Virus record (IMG/VR): IMGVR_UViG_3300031884_000010
Length of the DNA: 20,000 nucleotides
Direction: 5' to 3' (one strand)
Origin: an uncultured virus (IMG/VR IMGVR_UViG_3300031884_000010)
Taxonomy: Duplodnaviria > Heunggongvirae > Uroviricota > Caudoviricetes
Part shown: piece by piece, positions 16,625 through 20,000 of the stretch
Layout of the letters: every line of letters begins with the position of its first letter
Position numbering within the stretch: position 1 is the stretch's first letter
Notes under the pieces: generated by a model
The model's database searches: none
What the model saw: only the letters and a program-made list of their open reading frames with translations
Told to the model about the DNA's origin: nothing
Translations under genes and position numbers: made by a program

Positions 16625-16654
16625 AATTTAGATTCGCAAGTCGTTTCTGGACAA
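16625..16654 (-). promoter_or_regulatory. Candidate sigma70 promoter driving the C4-like RNA
   Basis: TTGTCC-N18-TAAATT in an AT-rich patch. Confidence 0.45.
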
Positions 16655-16661
16655 TTGAAAG

Positions 16662-16747
16662 AAAAAAAGTCGGGCCTCCGAAAACCACACAGGAGCGTGG
16701 CTCCAGGCTTTCCCCCGAGGGGTTTTTTATAGCCTGAAAGGCCCGAC
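16662..16747 (-). terminator. Branched hairpin with U7 tract (terminator-like)
   Basis: GTCGGGCCT...AGGCCCGAC followed by TTTTTTT, enclosing two inner hairpins. Confidence 0.55.
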
Positions 16748-16792
16748 AGACATCAGTGTGGGCACAAGCCGAGGAACGCGCCAGTAGCGACA

Positions 16793-17035
16793 TCACGCGG
16801 CCACCGTCTCACTGGACAGCCGGTAGACGGCCGACCGACGAGATCCCTCGCATACCACAACCCCCGAGCGCCGAAGGGCCCGGAGGGCCAGGACGACGTC
16901 GGCGTGGGCCCATTCTCCAATAGCTGAGGAGAGGGCCAGTGCCCCCAGGCACGCCTCACGAGCCAGGGCGTCAAGCACCCGGGTCTGAATGGAGGCCAGT
17001 CGGGACTGACGGAGGGGAGGGATGCGGGCAACCAT
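16793..17035 (-). CDS. Small winged-HTH protein (80 aa)
   Basis: RVLDAL...ALSSAIG...VVLALRALRRSGVV...G...VYRL; TAATG overlap with the upstream gene. Confidence 0.7.
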   Translation of the reverse strand: MVARIPPLRQSRLASIQTRVLDALAREACLGALALSSAIGEWAHADVVLALRALRRSGVVVCEGSRRSAVYRLSSETVAA

Positions 17036-17346
17036 TAGCCCCGCCGTCCACGGCGAACGGTCCCGCCATTCCTTACGGAGCGAAACTGAGGCCAAATATC
17101 CCCAGGTGGAACCCCAATTAAACCCGCGACGAAGTAGCAGATGGCCCTGGACTCAGCCGTGGCGAGGGCCCGGGGGACCATAGCCCCTGTGACGCCAAGC
17201 ATGTCGGCGATAGCACTTGGGGACGTTCCAGCGTTATAGATGGATTCCCCAAGCTTTCTTGCGTCCCAGTCTGGCGAAAAAACCGCTTCTGCCCCATGCT
17301 GATGGGCCACAGGAGTGATGGTGGAGGTGTCGTCCGATGGGCTCAT
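17035..17346 (-). CDS. Ner/Nlp-like (Cro-equivalent) HTH regulator
   Basis: WD...I...GTSPSAIADMLGVT...RAL...VAGLIGVPPGDIWPQF; divergent from cI. Confidence 0.8.
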   Translation of the reverse strand: MSPSDDTSTITPVAHQHGAEAVFSPDWDARKLGESIYNAGTSPSAIADMLGVTGAMVPRALATAESRAICYFVAGLIGVPPGDIWPQFRSVRNGGTVRRGRRG

Positions 17347-17352
17347 ACCTCA

Positions 17353-17381
17353 AAACTATCCCTGATTAATCTCACGGTCAA
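17353..17381 (-). promoter_or_regulatory. Lytic promoter (PR-like)
   Basis: TTGACC-N17-TAGTTT, with palindrome GATTAATC (17364-17371) in the spacer. Confidence 0.7.
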
Positions 17382-17394
17382 CCCGAGAATTGAC

Positions 17395-18360
17395 ATGAAA
17401 GATAACCCAAAACTAACCCTGCCTGAACGCATAAGATACGCCCGGAAACACGCTGGAATGAGCATGGAAGGGCTCCGAATTGCTTCCGGGGCCGGGAAAG
17501 GCATGGGACAGAAGTGGGAACTCGCCGAGAACGACCCGAGTTACCGGAAGCCGAACAGTGAGAGCATCCAAACCATCGCGGGTGTCTGTGGGGTCCGCCT
17601 GGAATGGCTCGAGAAAGGGACCGGCGACATGGAGGACCGAAATAGGTCCGACTGGGGCCAACGTATTGCCGAGGCCATCCGGATGATGGGGGGCCTCTCC
17701 CGAATGAAGGACACGCCGAACGTCTCAACAGAAACCATTCGAAGGTGGATGCGCGTAGGGCCGGCCACCATTGGGGAAGCCGTGGCGCTTGAGGAGGTCT
17801 TGGTGAGCATCGGCCTCCCCAAAGCTGCCATCGCAACAGCCATGAAGGCCAAGAGCGACGACTTCAGGCTCACCAAATTCATAAAAGCCGAAAGAGCGGA
17901 CCCACCATCTTCCAGAACCCCGCACATCCGGCGGGTCCACGAATGGATGTCCATCCCCCTTTACGACGTCAAGGCTGCCGCAGGGTCCGGATACGAGAAC
18001 GGGGACCAGGCAAAGGTGATCAGTGACGTCAAACTAACAGACACCTTCATCCGGACAGTGCTCCGGACCCAACCAGACTTCCTTGTGGCCCTCCACATTG
18101 AGGGCGATAGCATGGCCCCCTCCTTCACCCCGGGAGACATCCTCCTGGTCGATGCAAAGACCCACCAAGAGATTGCCGACGGGATCTTCCTATTCCGACA
18201 GGACGAATCCCTCCTGGTGAAGCAGCTGCAGCGCCTCCCTGGAGGGAACATCCAGGTTAGCAGCCGGAACCCGGAATACCCCTCCTACACCATCAACCAG
18301 GACAACGCCGAAGGATTCCAGATCATCGGGAGGGTCGTCGGCAAATGCGGAAGGATCTGA
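17395..18360 (+). CDS. cI: CI-like repressor: two XRE-type HTH domains plus S24 autopeptidase
   Basis: LPERIRYARKHAGMS...WE...LEWL..G (HTH 1); WGQRIAEAI..GG...VSTETIRRW (HTH 2); AAG cleavage site, GDSM (Ser), VKQL (Lys), IIGRVV. Confidence 0.9.
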   Translation: MKDNPKLTLPERIRYARKHAGMSMEGLRIASGAGKGMGQKWELAENDPSYRKPNSESIQTIAGVCGVRLEWLEKGTGDMEDRNRSDWGQRIAEAIRMMGGLSRMKDTPNVSTETIRRWMRVGPATIGEAVALEEVLVSIGLPKAAIATAMKAKSDDFRLTKFIKAERADPPSSRTPHIRRVHEWMSIPLYDVKAAAGSGYENGDQAKVISDVKLTDTFIRTVLRTQPDFLVALHIEGDSMAPSFTPGDILLVDAKTHQEIADGIFLFRQDESLLVKQLQRLPGGNIQVSSRNPEYPSYTINQDNAEGFQIIGRVVGKCGRI

Positions 18361-18362
18361 CC

Positions 18363-18734
18363 ATGAAAAAAGTCATCATCGCCATGGCCGCGGCCCTGCT
18401 CCTGGCCTGCAGCACGACCCCAAGTGGCTACACGCCAGAAGCCTGGGCCAACATCAGGGAGCACCGACCCGCGGTCGCCAAAGCCATCGAGTGGATCATC
18501 CAGGATCCCAAGAGGGCCGAGTATCGAGAGGCATACATCAATGTGATGGGTGTCCCCACACCCCTCGCCGACCAATGGTGCGCTGGACTCGCCGAATCAG
18601 AGATGCTCTACGGCAAGAAGGATGGCTTTAAGGATGCCATCGCCAGCGAACTCGGGAAAAAGTTCTGTGCGACCGAGAACATGGAGAAACGCGCAGAGAT
18701 CACCCGAATTACAGCCGCCTTCAGAAAACAATGA
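18363..18734 (+). CDS. Lipoprotein (possible superinfection exclusion)
   Basis: MKK + hydrophobic stretch + LLAC lipobox; sits between cI and int. Confidence 0.8.
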   Translation: MKKVIIAMAAALLLACSTTPSGYTPEAWANIREHRPAVAKAIEWIIQDPKRAEYREAYINVMGVPTPLADQWCAGLAESEMLYGKKDGFKDAIASELGKKFCATENMEKRAEITRITAAFRKQ

Positions 18735-19855
18735 CCATCCGGGGCAACCTCTACAAACCGAAGGGCCGGCGGTGCTGGTATTACCGATTCGAACACAAGG
18801 GCCGCCCCTACCACGGGAGCACTGGAATTGAGGTCCGGGCCCAGGCCGAGAAGTGGCTGCGTGACTTCCGAGACAACCTGGCCCAAGGGACCGTGGACAG
18901 CCGCGGGAATAGCCTGGTCCCGACGCTCCTAGAGGCCCTTGAGCGCATAGAGGCCGATCAGACGACTGGCCACAGCGAGAGCACCACCAAGAACCGAAGG
19001 ACCGACGTCATGGCCCACATGCAGGCCATCCACCACAAGCCCATCGACCAGATCACCACCCAGGACGTGCGAGACATCATGAATGGGTATCTGGCGAAGA
19101 AGAACCAGACCGGCCGCTACAACACCCCGGGAGGGGCCAACCACATCATGCGGAGCCTGGGCGGCATCATGAAGTGGGCCGAGGAAGGGGAGATCATCGA
19201 GCGCAGAGCCTACAAGGCCAGAGCCATCAAGCAGCAGAACAAGCCGAAGCTATCCCTCGAGATCGATGAACTCCGGCCATTCCTTGAGGCCGTTGGAAAG
19301 GTGGCGCCCAACGATGCCCGGGACCTTATCATCCTGGAAATGGGAATGGGTCTGCGCGAGAGCGAGGCCCGCCACGCGCTCATCGAGCACACCAACATGG
19401 CCCGACTCGAGCACACCGTCTACCACCCCGAGGTCGACACCAAAGGCAAGGAGGCCGAGAAGGTGCCCATCCCGAAGTGGACGGTCCCGCACCTGGAGCG
19501 CATGATCGGCGGCCGGAAGGCTGGCCTGCTGGTCCCTGGAGACGGAGCCAACGGGGCCCACGGCCGGAACTACACCCTCCAGTATGTGAAGATGGCAGCC
19601 GCCATGATCGGAAAGCCAGGACTCACCCCCCACAACCTCCGGAACACCTACGCTACCCTCCTCAGTGGCCAGGGGGAGGACCCCAAGGCCATCCAGAAGG
19701 CCATGCGGCACAAGCACCTCAAGACGACCCTCATCTACATCACCTTTGGGAAGGGCGACGTGCGCGAAGGGGCGGACAAGATCGGAGAAGCTGCCGGCCT
19801 GGTGTCACACAGAACCGACACCATTCCCGAGCACCCGCCGCAAACAGTTCAATAA
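18731..19855 (+). CDS. int: Tyrosine integrase
   Basis: Arm-binding WYYRF...STG; catalytic GLRESE (R), TKG (K), HNLR, MRH, TTLIY (Y); adjacent to the tRNA fragment. Confidence 0.95.
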   Translation: MTIRGNLYKPKGRRCWYYRFEHKGRPYHGSTGIEVRAQAEKWLRDFRDNLAQGTVDSRGNSLVPTLLEALERIEADQTTGHSESTTKNRRTDVMAHMQAIHHKPIDQITTQDVRDIMNGYLAKKNQTGRYNTPGGANHIMRSLGGIMKWAEEGEIIERRAYKARAIKQQNKPKLSLEIDELRPFLEAVGKVAPNDARDLIILEMGMGLRESEARHALIEHTNMARLEHTVYHPEVDTKGKEAEKVPIPKWTVPHLERMIGGRKAGLLVPGDGANGAHGRNYTLQYVKMAAAMIGKPGLTPHNLRNTYATLLSGQGEDPKAIQKAMRHKHLKTTLIYITFGKGDVREGADKIGEAAGLVSHRTDTIPEHPPQTVQ

Positions 19856-19874
19856 GAACACTTAGGACAGACCA

Positions 19875-19940
19875 AGCACGATTGGAAATCGTGTAACGGT
19901 CAAAAGCCGTTCGGGGGTTCGAATCCCCCACTCTCCGCCA
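19875..19940 (+). other. att junction: 3' fragment of tRNA-Ser(GGA)
   Basis: CACGA-TTGGAAA-TCGTG anticodon arm, long variable arm, GGGGG-TTCGAAT-CCCCC T arm and CTCTCCGCCA end. The 5' acceptor strand (GGAGAG) and D arm are absent. Confidence 0.9.
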
Positions 19941-19950
19941 GACTTAGCAC

Positions 19951-19984
19951 AAAAAAGAGGCCCCCGAAATCGGGGGCTTTTTTT
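19951..19984 (+). terminator. Intrinsic terminator, probably bidirectional
   Basis: A6...GCCCCCGA-AA-TCGGGGGC-T7. Confidence 0.9.
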
Positions 19985-20000
19985 GGGCTGGAACCCACCA

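Larger units (their letters stand above)
1..19940. mobile_element. Temperate prophage (continues left of the window)
   Basis: att-int-cI/ner-recombination-replication-terminase gene order. Confidence 0.95.

Noticed and set aside
16149..16796. 215-aa ORF across the regulatory region
   Set aside because: Only the part from TTG 16391 has a clear RBS. The upstream part crosses the terminator, promoter and RNA elements; an ash-like reading frame cannot be fully excluded.
19850..19940. Functional full-length tRNA-Ser
   Set aside because: The 5' acceptor strand and D arm are missing; it is an att fragment.

Overview
The window holds one end of a GC-rich temperate prophage integrated at a tRNA-Ser(GGA) gene. 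At the right are the displaced 3' tRNA fragment (att junction, 19875-19940) and its terminator. A plus-strand lysogeny cassette points toward the att: a CI-like repressor with two HTH domains plus an S24 peptidase, a lipoprotein and a tyrosine integrase. A divergent, tightly coupled minus-strand run of about 35 genes fills 17346 to 1. In order it encodes a Ner/Cro-like regulator, a C4/CI-type antisense RNA region, a Cas4-like exonuclease and RecT, an Xis-like protein, a replication initiator with internal iterons, DnaB, RdgC-like, Gp37/Gp68, VRR-NUC, DUF4406, a ParB-methyltransferase fusion, HNH, three small Zn-ribbon proteins, a Ref-like nuclease, a Tad2/DUF2829-like protein, TerS, an unknown gene and the 5' part of TerL. 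The most notable observations are the C4-like RNA switch, the divergent Tad2-like sponge, the tandem Zn-ribbon microproteins and the double-HTH repressor. All family assignments are by eye from motifs; no searches were run. Many start codons were refined using RBS and stop/start overlaps.
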